Source of the DNA: Oligoflexales bacterium
Lineage (GTDB): Bacteria; Bdellovibrionota_B; Oligoflexia; Oligoflexales; RGVZ01
Assembly: GCA_044236265.1 (NCBI GenBank)
Contig: JBIIGV010000051.1
Location: 1 to 19,583, forward strand
DNA: 19,583 bases
Reading direction: 5' to 3'
Part shown: piece by piece, positions 7,566 through 16,430 of the stretch
Layout of the letters: each line of letters starts with the position of its first letter
Numbering within the stretch: the stretch's first letter is position 1
Position numbers and translations under genes: made by a program
The notes under the pieces: generated by a model
What the model saw: the letters and a program-made list of their open reading frames with translations, nothing else
Told to the model about the DNA's origin: nothing
The model's database searches: none

Positions 7566-10028
7566 ATGAGTGGAATTGGCGAACAAACGGCCCTTGATCT
7601 CGCCCACGAATTACCTCTACTTCCCCTGAAAGACATTGTTGTCTTTCCGCACATGATCGTGCCGGTCTTCATCAATGAAGATCTTTGCATTAATGCGGTT
7701 GAAAATGCTCTTGCTGGTAACCGCAAGATATTTTTATCGGCCTTTAAAGTTGCAGGCGAAGACGGTGAAGGTCTCGACTGTAAACTAGACGCGCCATTCG
7801 ATGTTTATAATACGGGTACTGTCTGCTCAGTCATGCGTACGCGCAAGCTACCTGACGGTCGCATGAAAGTACTCGTTCAGGGTTTACATAAAGCGAAGGT
7901 TCAGGAGCTGGTCAGCTCTGACGGATTCCCTTCCGTTCGTGTTGTCTCCGTTAACGACGCTGCGGTAGCAAGTTCTTCGCCTGAATTAGAGGCTCTTGTT
8001 CGCGCGGTGCGCGAGAGTCTTGAGAAGGTCGTTTCATTGGGTAAAGTCCTCTCTCCAGATATTCTGATGATTCTTGAAGATATTTCTGACCCGTCTCGTT
8101 TGTCAGATCTCGTAGCGTCAAACTTGGGCCTGAAAGTTACGGACGCTCAGAAAATTCTTTCTGTTCAAAATCCTCTTGATCGCTTACGTCGCGTTCACCA
8201 GTATCTGTCGCGCGAAATCGAAGTGTATCAAATGCAAGTTCGCATCCAAAGTCAGGCCAAAGAAGAAATTGGTCGTATGCAGCGCGAGCACTATTTGCGC
8301 GAGCAAATCAAAGTCATCAAAAATGAGCTCGGTGATAACGATGGCAAAGACGATGTGGAAAGTCTCTGGAAACGAATGGAAACAGTCGCTTTGACTGATG
8401 AGGCGCGCGAAGAGGTTTCACGTCAAATTAAGCGTCTTGAAAGAATGCACCAAGATACGAGCGAAGCGTCACTGACTCGTACCCATATAGAAACTCTGTT
8501 ATCACTTCCTTGGGGTAAAAAGTCTGCAGATGATATTGACATTGCTAAGACCAAGGAGATTCTGAATGAAGACCACTATGGTCTTGATCAGGTCAAGGAC
8601 AGAATCATGGAGTTTCTGGCCGTTAAGAAACTTAATCCAAGCGCAAAAAGCCCCATCATCTGTTTTGTGGGCCCTCCAGGAGTCGGAAAAACCAGCCTTG
8701 GAAAATCCATCGCACGCTCCATGGGTCGTCAGTTTTCACGAATCGCTTTGGGTGGCGTCCGTGACGAAGCTGAAATCCGCGGTCACCGTAAGACTTACGT
8801 AGGCGCATATCCGGGGCGCGTGGTTAATAGTTTGAAGCAAGCTCAGTCCATGAACCCAGTGATCATGCTTGATGAAATTGACAAGCTTGGTTCTGACCAT
8901 CGCGGCGATCCTTCCAGTGCTCTTTTGGAAGTTTTGGACCCTGAGCAAAACAAAAACTTCATTGATCACTACTTAGGGGTGTCAGTTGATCTTTCGGATG
9001 TGACATTTATCGCGAATGCCAACACACTTGATACGATCCCGGGCCCTCTCCGTGACCGGCTTGAGATCATCGAAGTCTCTGGTTATAGCGAAGAGGAAAA
9101 ACTCATCATCGCAAATCAGTATTTGATTCCAAAGACGATCAAGGAAGCTGGCCTTGAAAAAGCCAAAATCTCATTTAGCAAGCCATCTGTATCTGCCATT
9201 ATCAATGGCTATACACGCGAAAGCGGTTTGCGTGGGCTCGAGAAGCAGATTGCGAGCGTTTGTCGCAAGCTGGCGCGTGAGTTTGCGGAAAAAGGCTCCT
9301 TTGAATCAGCTGAAGGCGTAAATAGCGGTGTAAAAATGACACCGGCCATGATTCAAAAGCATCTTGGTGCAAACAAGTATGGTGATAGCTTCTACCACCA
9401 TGACCCGATGCGCGGAGTATCCCTTGGCTTGGCCTACACTCAGTATGGTGGGGAGGTTCTTGCCATTGAAACGAATCTTTTGCCGGCTAGCGCTCCGCGA
9501 TTGGTTCTAACGGGGCAGCTGGGTGATGTTATGAAGGAAAGTGCGCAAACAGCACTGAGCTTCATTCGATCCCGTGCAGATGAACTCGGATTTGATCCCG
9601 AGATTTTGAACAAAAATGAGCTTCACGTTCACATTCCAGCCGGTGCGGTTCCAAAGGACGGTCCAAGTGCGGGTATTACGTTGGCGTGTTCCATGCTGTC
9701 TGCCATCTTGGGACGGGCTCCAAACGGTAAGATTGCCATGACAGGTGAAATCACACTTCACGGAATGGTTCTTCCGATTGGCGGCTTGCGGGAAAAAGTG
9801 CTGGCAGCTTTACGAGAAGGTGTTGAGCACATTCTTGTTCCTCACAAGAACAAGGCAAACTTCGATGCTCTTCCTGCTAACGTGAAAAAGAAGATCAAAG
9901 TTACATTTGTAAAGTACTACCAAGAGGTTTACGAGATCATGTTCGGACATGTCGCTACATCAAAGGATGTCATTCCACTGCGTTCTGGCCGTCGCCGCGA
10001 CGCATCCGGGACCGATCTGGCGAGCTAA
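7566..10028 (+). CDS. lon: ATP-dependent Lon protease (LonA)
   Basis: N-domain LPLLPLKDIVVFP, DHYGL..VKDRI.EFL, Walker A GPPGVGKT, IRGHRKTYVGA, catalytic Ser PKDGPSAG and Lys IGGLREK; GAGGAG SD. Confidence 0.98.
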   Translation: MSGIGEQTALDLAHELPLLPLKDIVVFPHMIVPVFINEDLCINAVENALAGNRKIFLSAFKVAGEDGEGLDCKLDAPFDVYNTGTVCSVMRTRKLPDGRMKVLVQGLHKAKVQELVSSDGFPSVRVVSVNDAAVASSSPELEALVRAVRESLEKVVSLGKVLSPDILMILEDISDPSRLSDLVASNLGLKVTDAQKILSVQNPLDRLRRVHQYLSREIEVYQMQVRIQSQAKEEIGRMQREHYLREQIKVIKNELGDNDGKDDVESLWKRMETVALTDEAREEVSRQIKRLERMHQDTSEASLTRTHIETLLSLPWGKKSADDIDIAKTKEILNEDHYGLDQVKDRIMEFLAVKKLNPSAKSPIICFVGPPGVGKTSLGKSIARSMGRQFSRIALGGVRDEAEIRGHRKTYVGAYPGRVVNSLKQAQSMNPVIMLDEIDKLGSDHRGDPSSALLEVLDPEQNKNFIDHYLGVSVDLSDVTFIANANTLDTIPGPLRDRLEIIEVSGYSEEEKLIIANQYLIPKTIKEAGLEKAKISFSKPSVSAIINGYTRESGLRGLEKQIASVCRKLAREFAEKGSFESAEGVNSGVKMTPAMIQKHLGANKYGDSFYHHDPMRGVSLGLAYTQYGGEVLAIETNLLPASAPRLVLTGQLGDVMKESAQTALSFIRSRADELGFDPEILNKNELHVHIPAGAVPKDGPSAGITLACSMLSAILGRAPNGKIAMTGEITLHGMVLPIGGLREKVLAALREGVEHILVPHKNKANFDALPANVKKKIKVTFVKYYQEVYEIMFGHVATSKDVIPLRSGRRRDASGTDLAS

Positions 10029-10050
10029 ACGGATTTGTATTTACTTGATC

Positions 10051-10091
10051 AGCAGGGGTTGGGTCTAAGAAGACCTGGCCCCTTTGCTTTT
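10051..10091 (+). terminator. Intrinsic terminator after lon
   Basis: Hairpin AGGGGTTGGGTCT-AAGA-AGACCTGGCCCCT followed by TTGCTTTT. Confidence 0.75.
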
Positions 10092-10113
10092 AACGCCCGC
10101 GCCGTTCCCAGTT

Positions 10114-10142
10114 TTGCGGTTTGTAACGGGTTAGTTTAAAAT
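10114..10142 (+). promoter_or_regulatory. sigma70-type promoter for the 77-aa ORF
   Basis: TTGCGG, 17 nt spacer, TAAAAT in an AT-rich intergenic region. Confidence 0.45.
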
Positions 10143-10206
10143 TTAAAGAGACTCTCGAAATTAAATGCTCATTAAAATTATTTAATATTCATGCAGGAGG
10201 TCGGCG

Positions 10207-10440
10207 GTGGGAGACAGGACTAAGCGGGTTTTGAAGTTTATAGGCCTAGGTGTAGTTTGGGTTTATATCCTGTCGATTCGTATAGGTAATCAGACGATCT
10301 TCTTTCATGCAAATGATATTCTTGTTCAAAATCAGATAGTTGAAGCAATTGACCGCCAGTTAGCAGATTCCTGGGACTCGCTTTCAACTAAGGCTAGCGA
10401 CACCTTTGCTCGCCTGTCGGGACGTTCCAAGTCCCTGTAA
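10207..10440 (+). CDS. Small hypothetical protein with an N-terminal membrane anchor
   Basis: GGAGGT SD before GTG; basic N-terminus, hydrophobic stretch FIGLGVVWVYILSI, then a helical tail; fills an otherwise empty gap. Confidence 0.7.
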   Translation: MGDRTKRVLKFIGLGVVWVYILSIRIGNQTIFFHANDILVQNQIVEAIDRQLADSWDSLSTKASDTFARLSGRSKSL

Positions 10441-10564
10441 ACGTATTAATGAGGTTTTCTGGCTAAAGTTTCTCGCCACTTGCAGGCTGTTATGCTATCC
10501 AAATGGGCATACGGAGGCCACGTCTGCAGGTGGCTTGTTCTTTAGAATCTTGGAGGATCGGCTG

Positions 10565-11113
10565 ATGGCCGTCTTGAAAGTTGTTGAGTGGCCTGCAAAG
10601 GTTCTTGAAACACCAGCCAGTGAAGTAAAAGAATTTGATGATCGTCTTCGGACCTTTGTCAGCGATATGCATGAAACTATGCGTGCGTCTAATGGCATCG
10701 GCTTGGCGGCTAACCAGGTTGGCGATCTTCGCCGCGTGATCACCATCGAAATCCCGCACATGGGGAAAGAAGGTGGGGACGATGAAGAGCCAAAGTGGTG
10801 GCACAACAAACGATTTACGTTTGTAAATCCGGTGATAGTGAAGAAGTCGGGAACTATCAAGTGGCAGGAAGGCTGTCTGAGCTTTCCAGAAGTTTACGAT
10901 TTCGTAGAAAGAGCCAGTGACGTCTGGGTTAAGGCTCAAGATGAAAATGGAAAAGACTTTGAAGTGCATGCAGATGGACTATTTGCAGTCTGCTTGCAGC
11001 ATGAAATAGACCACATCGATGGCATTGTGTTCTTTAAACGGATGAGTCGATTGAAGGCTGACCGCGTCAAATCAAAGATGCTCAAGCGGGGTAATGTCAA
11101 TGTCGAAGCATAA
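10565..11113 (+). CDS. def: Peptide deformylase
   Basis: Motifs GIGLAANQVG, EGCLS and QHEIDH. The start was moved to ATG 10565 (MAVLKVVEWP) because of the GGAGGA SD. Confidence 0.96.
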   Translation: MAVLKVVEWPAKVLETPASEVKEFDDRLRTFVSDMHETMRASNGIGLAANQVGDLRRVITIEIPHMGKEGGDDEEPKWWHNKRFTFVNPVIVKKSGTIKWQEGCLSFPEVYDFVERASDVWVKAQDENGKDFEVHADGLFAVCLQHEIDHIDGIVFFKRMSRLKADRVKSKMLKRGNVNVEA

Positions 11114-11768
11114 GGTGTTGGTTGCTCCCAGTATCCTTTCTGCTGACCCGCTGCGCTATGGCGAAGAAATAAAGTCAGTAGAGATAGCTGGGGCTGACTG
11201 GCATCATATTGATGTTATGGACGGTCATTTCGTCCCCAATCTGACCTTTGGATTGCCACTGATCAAAGCATTAAAAAAAACCACAAAACTACCTCTTGAT
11301 GTGCACATCATGGTGAGTAATCCAGATGATGTTGCACTCTCCTATGTAGAGGCCGGAGCTGATATCTTGGTGTTTCATGCTGAAGCTGCGAAGCACGGTC
11401 ACCGGTTGGCACAAGCAATCAGGGAAAAAGGTGCGCGTCCCGGGGTGGCTCTGAACCCCGCTACACCTCTTGAGTTTGCTTTTTCCATGGCACCACATGT
11501 GGATGTCATCATGTTGATGTCCGTCAATCCAGGTTTCGGTGGTCAGTCGTTTATTGAAGATACTGTGGACCGCGTTGCTGCCTTGTCCAAATGGCTTGCC
11601 GCAAGTAAGTTGCAGGATAAGGTTTTGATTGAAGTTGACGGCGGTATTAACGAGCAAACTGGAGCTAAAATAGTTAAAGCTGGAGCAACTGTTTTGGTCG
11701 CGGGGACATACGTCTACGGTTCAAAAGATCGAGCGCAGCCAATTTCTGCTCTAAAAAGTTTACAATAA
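11094..11768 (+). CDS. rpe: Ribulose-phosphate 3-epimerase
   Basis: Motifs VAPSILSAD, HIDVMDGHFVPNLTFG, LDVHIM, MSVNPGFGGQ and IEVDGGIN. Overlaps the def end; the start may be 11100. Confidence 0.97.
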   Translation: MSMSKHKVLVAPSILSADPLRYGEEIKSVEIAGADWHHIDVMDGHFVPNLTFGLPLIKALKKTTKLPLDVHIMVSNPDDVALSYVEAGADILVFHAEAAKHGHRLAQAIREKGARPGVALNPATPLEFAFSMAPHVDVIMLMSVNPGFGGQSFIEDTVDRVAALSKWLAASKLQDKVLIEVDGGINEQTGAKIVKAGATVLVAGTYVYGSKDRAQPISALKSLQ

Positions 11769-11808
11769 TCCGCTAAACCAAAGATTTCCCTGAAAAGGAT
11801 GTTTCAAG

Positions 11809-13320
11809 ATGAAACCGTTCTCTCTTGGCCAAGACCGTCTGACCTGGTCAACTCTTGTGCAATTAGCTTCTAAGCCGTCTCCTTCGGTTCTCGTTTCTGA
11901 CGAAGCATGGAGTCGCCTTGATCAATATCGCCTTGTTGTCGAAAAGGCGATTTCTTCAGGTAAAGTCATATACGGAATCAATACTGGTTTTGGTTTCTTA
12001 TCAGATGTTCGCATTGAGACAGATAAGCTGCAGCAGCTTCAGCTCAATCTTATCCGTAGCCACGCTTGTGGGGTTGGGGAGCCGGTGTCAGCTGAGATTG
12101 TGCGCGCACTTTTAATTTTGCGTGCTCACACCTTTTTACTCGGCCACAGCGCAGTGACCCGTAACGCGGTAGCAACTGTTCTCGAGTTTTTGAAGCATGA
12201 TATTTTGCCAGTGATTCCATGTCAGGGCAGTGTTGGCGCATCAGGTGACTTGGCTCCTTTGGCGCATTTGGCTTTGGGTTTGATCGGTGAGGGTGACGTT
12301 CTTTACAAGGGTGAGGTTGTTTCTGCAAAGATTGCGATTGAGCAATCCGGCGTTAAGCCGCTTGAGCCGCAGGCCAAAGAGGGGCTTTCCTTGATCAACG
12401 GTACTCAGTTTATGGCAGTACTAGGATCTTTCGCAGTGTCAGATGCGAAAAATCTTTCCGCAACGGCAGATATTGTCGCAGCGTTAAGCCTTGAGGCAAT
12501 AAAAGGAACCAAGTCCGCGTTTGATGCTAGAATTCATTCCGTCCGAGATCAAGGTGGTCAGAAAAAAGTTGCAGCTCACATGCTCAGTCTTCTTTCAGGC
12601 AAAGATGAGATTATGGAAAGTCACGCTAATTGTGGTCGCGTGCAAGATCCTTATAGCTTTAGATGTATTCCTCAAGTGCACGGAGCAACCCGCGATGTCA
12701 TAGACTTCGTTGCGGCTCGAATCGACGGCGATCTCAATTCCGTCACGGATAATCCGCTCGTATTTGACGACGGAGCTGTTATCAGCGGAGGAAACTTCCA
12801 TGGTCAGCCGCTAGCTATGGCGCTCGACTTTCTTGCCATTGCAGTCGCTGAGCTTGGTAGTATATCTGAACGTCGTATTGAAAAACTCACAAACCCAGCG
12901 ATGAGTGGACTTCCTGCTTTTGTAGTTAAGGAAAGTGGCCTAAACAGTGGCTTTATGATTCCGCATGTCGTTGCTGCGGCCTTAGTGTCAGAAAACAAAG
13001 TGTTGTGTCATCCGGCCTCAGTAGATTCAATTCCTACATCGGCTGATAAGGAGGACCATGTCAGTATGGGGCCAATTTCTGGCCGAAAAGCACTTAAGAT
13101 TTGTGCCCATGTTGCTGATATTCTTGCAATTGAGGCATTGACGGCAGCTCAGGGTATCGATTTGCACAATCCACTAAAACCGTCGGAGCCATTACGAAGG
13201 GTTCATGGTAAACTTAGAGAGTTGTCCCCCGTAATGCCGGTGGATCGCTCGCTGCAGAAGGACATTCAAAAAGTCTCTCATTGGATCAAGTCCGGTGGTA
13301 TTGCTCAGGCAGCAGGCTGA
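11809..13320 (+). CDS. hutH: Histidine ammonia-lyase
   Basis: Motifs YGINTGFG, NLIRSHACGVG (the SH pair typical of His-specific enzymes), MIO motif GASGDLAPLAH, KEGLSLINGT, QDPYSFRC.PQVHGA, GGNFHG and EDHVSMG. Confidence 0.96.
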   Translation: MKPFSLGQDRLTWSTLVQLASKPSPSVLVSDEAWSRLDQYRLVVEKAISSGKVIYGINTGFGFLSDVRIETDKLQQLQLNLIRSHACGVGEPVSAEIVRALLILRAHTFLLGHSAVTRNAVATVLEFLKHDILPVIPCQGSVGASGDLAPLAHLALGLIGEGDVLYKGEVVSAKIAIEQSGVKPLEPQAKEGLSLINGTQFMAVLGSFAVSDAKNLSATADIVAALSLEAIKGTKSAFDARIHSVRDQGGQKKVAAHMLSLLSGKDEIMESHANCGRVQDPYSFRCIPQVHGATRDVIDFVAARIDGDLNSVTDNPLVFDDGAVISGGNFHGQPLAMALDFLAIAVAELGSISERRIEKLTNPAMSGLPAFVVKESGLNSGFMIPHVVAAALVSENKVLCHPASVDSIPTSADKEDHVSMGPISGRKALKICAHVADILAIEALTAAQGIDLHNPLKPSEPLRRVHGKLRELSPVMPVDRSLQKDIQKVSHWIKSGGIAQAAG

Positions 13321-13336
13321 AGAAAGGTATCAAAGC

Positions 13337-13768
13337 ATGAATAAATTTTTTTCTTTAAAAATCATCGTCCTACTTTTCGGCTTCGGGACAATGACTGCAT
13401 TTGCTGCTGAGAAACCTAGTGTTGAACGTATAGGCGGTAATTTTACCGTGACACAAATCAGCAAGCTTTCACGCGGCGGATTTAGTGTGAATTTCAAGGC
13501 GGCTCAAGGTTCCCCGAAGATTTCCCGCCTTCATTTGGAGAGTGATCATATAAACGCCGGATTGCAGGAGGGTGATACGCTTCGCCTGTCTGCAGATGTT
13601 ATTTCCATTAAAGATAACACTGCTGAAATTGGACAAGTAGTAGTGTTCCTGCCGGGTCGATCCGGCCCTACGCCCGTGTGGATGATGTCTAAGCGCGCGT
13701 CAAATATGGATCCCCCCGCTAAACTTATCGAAATGCATGCCCCGTCAACGGACTACGCGGTCTTTTGA
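13337..13768 (+). CDS. Hypothetical secreted protein, beta-rich, possibly OB-fold-like
   Basis: ATG 13337 begins a Sec-type signal MNKFFSLKIIVLLFGFGTMTAFA|AE; tightly packed between hutH and the rhomboid gene. Confidence 0.75.
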   Translation: MNKFFSLKIIVLLFGFGTMTAFAAEKPSVERIGGNFTVTQISKLSRGGFSVNFKAAQGSPKISRLHLESDHINAGLQEGDTLRLSADVISIKDNTAEIGQVVVFLPGRSGPTPVWMMSKRASNMDPPAKLIEMHAPSTDYAVF

Positions 13769-13780
13769 TCGGCGGTAGCT

Positions 13781-14836
13781 ATGGACGAAAATAATATTGA
13801 ACAAACGCCTATTCTCCCGGTGGTAAGACAGCCCCGGGGGTTAAAGTATTACCTGGGTACTTGGTCAGGTCGTATTCTACTTTTGAATACAATTATTTTT
13901 GCCTATATGGTGCTGCGAAATCCGTCATCATTGTTCATGCCAAGTCTTGACTACGTGAGAACATTCGGGAGCAAGTCGGTTGCTGACATTGCAGCCGGAG
14001 AGTACTGGAGATTCATTACCCCGATGTTCGTTCACATTGGTATTTTGCATTTTTTCTTCAATGCGATGGGTCTTTACTATATCGGATACCAGATCGAGCA
14101 CATTCTGGGGGCGCGTTGGTTTGTCGGTCTTTATTTGGCAGCAGGTGTTCTCGGAAATTTGGCTAGTTGTGTATTTTCAATTTCTCTGAGTGCCGGAGCT
14201 TCGGGTGCTCTTTTCGGACTTCTTGGCGCTGGTTACCGTTTAGAAGGGCTAGTCAGTGATTCCTTTGATCAAGCAGGAGTCAAAGTCAGACCACGACGGG
14301 GTATCTATAGCGGCATGGTGATCACCAACATTCTGCTAGGACTGGTCATTCCTGTGATCGACAACGCAGCCCACATTGGTGGCTTGATTGCGGGCTGGTT
14401 GATCGTCGAGGCCATGCTCCGCACGAGGCCAAACCGCCTGAGACGACGTCGTCCAGCGATTGCAGCCTTGATTTACGTGGCTTTAACGGGATTTGCCATA
14501 TTCGCAGTCGCAAGAACCGTCGACCCCGTAGTGGTAGTCGCACGCTATTTTGAAGCCGCAGCCAAGGCGTCTGATGCGAGAGAGGCTTACTATAATTATA
14601 GTGAAATTTTGCGTGTCAAACCTCTGAATCCAAAAGCAAGGCTTTTACGGGGAAAACTTCTATTACAGAATCGTGAAATTGAGGATGGACTGAGCGACAT
14701 CGAAAAAGCTATTTCGGCAGGTGTTAGTCAGGCTGATGTTGAATCGGTTATTGACGAGCTGAAAATGACAGGGCATTTGCCTGAGGCTGAGTTGCTAAAG
14801 CGTAAATACGACGAGATGAGCGGTCGCGAGCTTTAA
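13781..14836 (+). CDS. Rhomboid-family intramembrane serine protease with a C-terminal TPR-like domain
   Basis: Motifs GEYWRFITPMFVHIGILHFFFN, catalytic Ser GASGALFGL and catalytic His DNAAHIGG; TPR-like C-terminus (P.NPKARLLRGKLL...DIEKAI). Confidence 0.93.
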   Translation: MDENNIEQTPILPVVRQPRGLKYYLGTWSGRILLLNTIIFAYMVLRNPSSLFMPSLDYVRTFGSKSVADIAAGEYWRFITPMFVHIGILHFFFNAMGLYYIGYQIEHILGARWFVGLYLAAGVLGNLASCVFSISLSAGASGALFGLLGAGYRLEGLVSDSFDQAGVKVRPRRGIYSGMVITNILLGLVIPVIDNAAHIGGLIAGWLIVEAMLRTRPNRLRRRRPAIAALIYVALTGFAIFAVARTVDPVVVVARYFEAAAKASDAREAYYNYSEILRVKPLNPKARLLRGKLLLQNREIEDGLSDIEKAISAGVSQADVESVIDELKMTGHLPEAELLKRKYDEMSGREL

Positions 14837-15528
14837 GCTGCAATGAACTGATCGTGGTCACTCAGTAGCCTCATTTTTTGAGGTCCCGTTGTGTGACTTA
14901 TGTCGCGAACTAATCGTCTAAACTGATCATTAAAGACCAGGTTTTCCCCTAGAGACTGTAAATGCTTCTTCCAAAACAATTCGACCGTTTTAGACGCTAG
15001 GCGATAGTCGGTTAGAGTGCCCGTAAATTCAGACTCATCAAAAATTTTCTGCGTAATAGATTTCACATGAGAGAATCCAAAAAGATTGTTTAAAATCAGG
15101 GACGCTACAATAACTTTTTCAAGTTCGGCCTGAATTTCCATTTCAAGTTTTGTCAGAGGGGTTCTCGACTCCGCGTGTCGAGCGAAATAGTGAAAGTGAC
15201 TAATCTCTTCAATTAGTATTAAAAGGTTGCCCACGTCGTGATCTGTTTTCAAAGTGTCTTTATTAAGGGGCGTTTGATCCAAGTCCATATAAAGTTTCGA
15301 AGACAAATGAATGGATACGAGACATGTGTCTTCTGTTTCCTTGATAATCAATGCAGCCGGTAGGTTCAAAACAGATGGACATATTTCTCTGAGAGCATCT
15401 TCTGAAAAAGACGTGAAGAAGTCTTTGGAGGATTGCTCTGGAGAGTATCCCAAATAGGGACAAAGCTCGTGTTCAATCATTAAAATATTTGAAGCAAGAT
15501 GATTTGTATGTTCCAGGGTGCGCATCAT
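14833..15528 (-). CDS. Hypothetical protein with a zincin-like EExxH...ExxAE motif
   Basis: 231-aa ORF starting 2 nt after the upstream ORF; contains LIEEISHFHYF...LEMEIQAELEK and ends in IAA. Confidence 0.75.
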   Translation of the reverse strand: MMRTLEHTNHLASNILMIEHELCPYLGYSPEQSSKDFFTSFSEDALREICPSVLNLPAALIIKETEDTCLVSIHLSSKLYMDLDQTPLNKDTLKTDHDVGNLLILIEEISHFHYFARHAESRTPLTKLEMEIQAELEKVIVASLILNNLFGFSHVKSITQKIFDESEFTGTLTDYRLASKTVELFWKKHLQSLGENLVFNDQFRRLVRDISHTTGPQKMRLLSDHDQFIAA

Positions 15529-15530
15529 AC

Positions 15531-16151
15531 TTATTGCGCCTGCTTATAAGGAACCTTGATTGGCTGAATTCCTTGCTCTTCTAAAAGAAGTCGTAGTCTT
15601 TCTGATCCAGACCTGTTCCAGCGATCGTATAAGACCAAAAGATCTTCATTTTTTTCCATGGCCGTGGAATCGGAGGCTTGAGCTACTATTTCCACAGCCT
15701 GATTAAAGTTTTCCGATAGTGATTGAAATGTTTCTTGTAAGCTGTCGTCTCGGGCTTGGCCTTTAGCAAGCGTGCCTGCTTGCCTGTAGGCAGATGCGCC
15801 CATCGAAATAAAATAGTTGATATCGATGGCCTTATTGTTGAAGTAGTCTTGAAAGAATCCAGAGACGTATAAACTTGTATCTCCTAACTGACGATAAAGA
15901 GCAGGTTGCTTTTCGACAGGCGCTTCGACAGCACGCTTTAGTAAAAAAACGAGTGGCGTTGAAAAGTTGGCTTCAGCCTGATTGCCATCAACCGAAGCAG
16001 TGGTGGAAGTGACAAAACTTGTCAGCAAATTGACAAGATAAAATTCAACGTGATCTTCGAGTTTGACGTTAAGCTGACGCGAGGCGGTTGTGATTTTGTC
16101 GTGGAAAAACTCCCGCGGACTTACGACAAGTTCTATGGAGGCGTTTGTCAT
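15531..16151 (-). CDS. Hypothetical all-helical protein
   Basis: The start was moved to ATG 16151 (MTNAS) after an AAGGGGGA SD. Distinctive blocks are REFFH, EFYLVNLL, RQLGDTSLYVSGFF, YFISMGASAY and LYDRWNRSGSER. Confidence 0.8.
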   Translation of the reverse strand: MTNASIELVVSPREFFHDKITTASRQLNVKLEDHVEFYLVNLLTSFVTSTTASVDGNQAEANFSTPLVFLLKRAVEAPVEKQPALYRQLGDTSLYVSGFFQDYFNNKAIDINYFISMGASAYRQAGTLAKGQARDDSLQETFQSLSENFNQAVEIVAQASDSTAMEKNEDLLVLYDRWNRSGSERLRLLLEEQGIQPIKVPYKQAQ

Positions 16152-16263
16152 GGCTTCCCCCTTTGCCCAGTTGGCGAGCAAAAGTAAATGCAGTCATCAT
16201 CACTAAGGCTGCATTATTATTATACACTTGGTTGGCCAGCCAGCCTATGTCATGCATTCAAGG

Positions 16264-16290
16264 AGGTCGGCAAAAAACCATGTTTTTTTA
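16264..16290 (-). promoter_or_regulatory. Candidate sigma28 promoter for the hypothetical gene pair
   Basis: Minus strand reads TAAA-N15-GCCGACCT. Confidence 0.4.
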
Positions 16291-16430
16291 GGCCTTTGTA
16301 TAAATATCAGATATTATTGTGATATTTGTGTATCAAAATTTGCCGGCTATTGAAGAGAATTGGATGCCTTCATCTGCAACTAAGCCTATGATAGGAACAA
16401 GTATTCCCGCTTTTAAGACCCCTGAGGGCT

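Noticed and set aside
10149..10159. 11-mer AGACTCTCGAA repeated at 19568-19578
   Set aside because: Matches of this length are expected by chance in about 20 kb, and no mobile-element context is present.
10406..10564. ORF-track N-terminal extension of def, and similar extensions at 6430, 13295 and 16181
   Set aside because: They overlap neighbouring genes or lack an SD; better SD-supported downstream starts match the expected N-termini.
16220..16240. Possible sigma54 promoter on the - strand (TGGCCAACCAAGTGT)
   Set aside because: The -12 position reads GT rather than the near-invariant GC.
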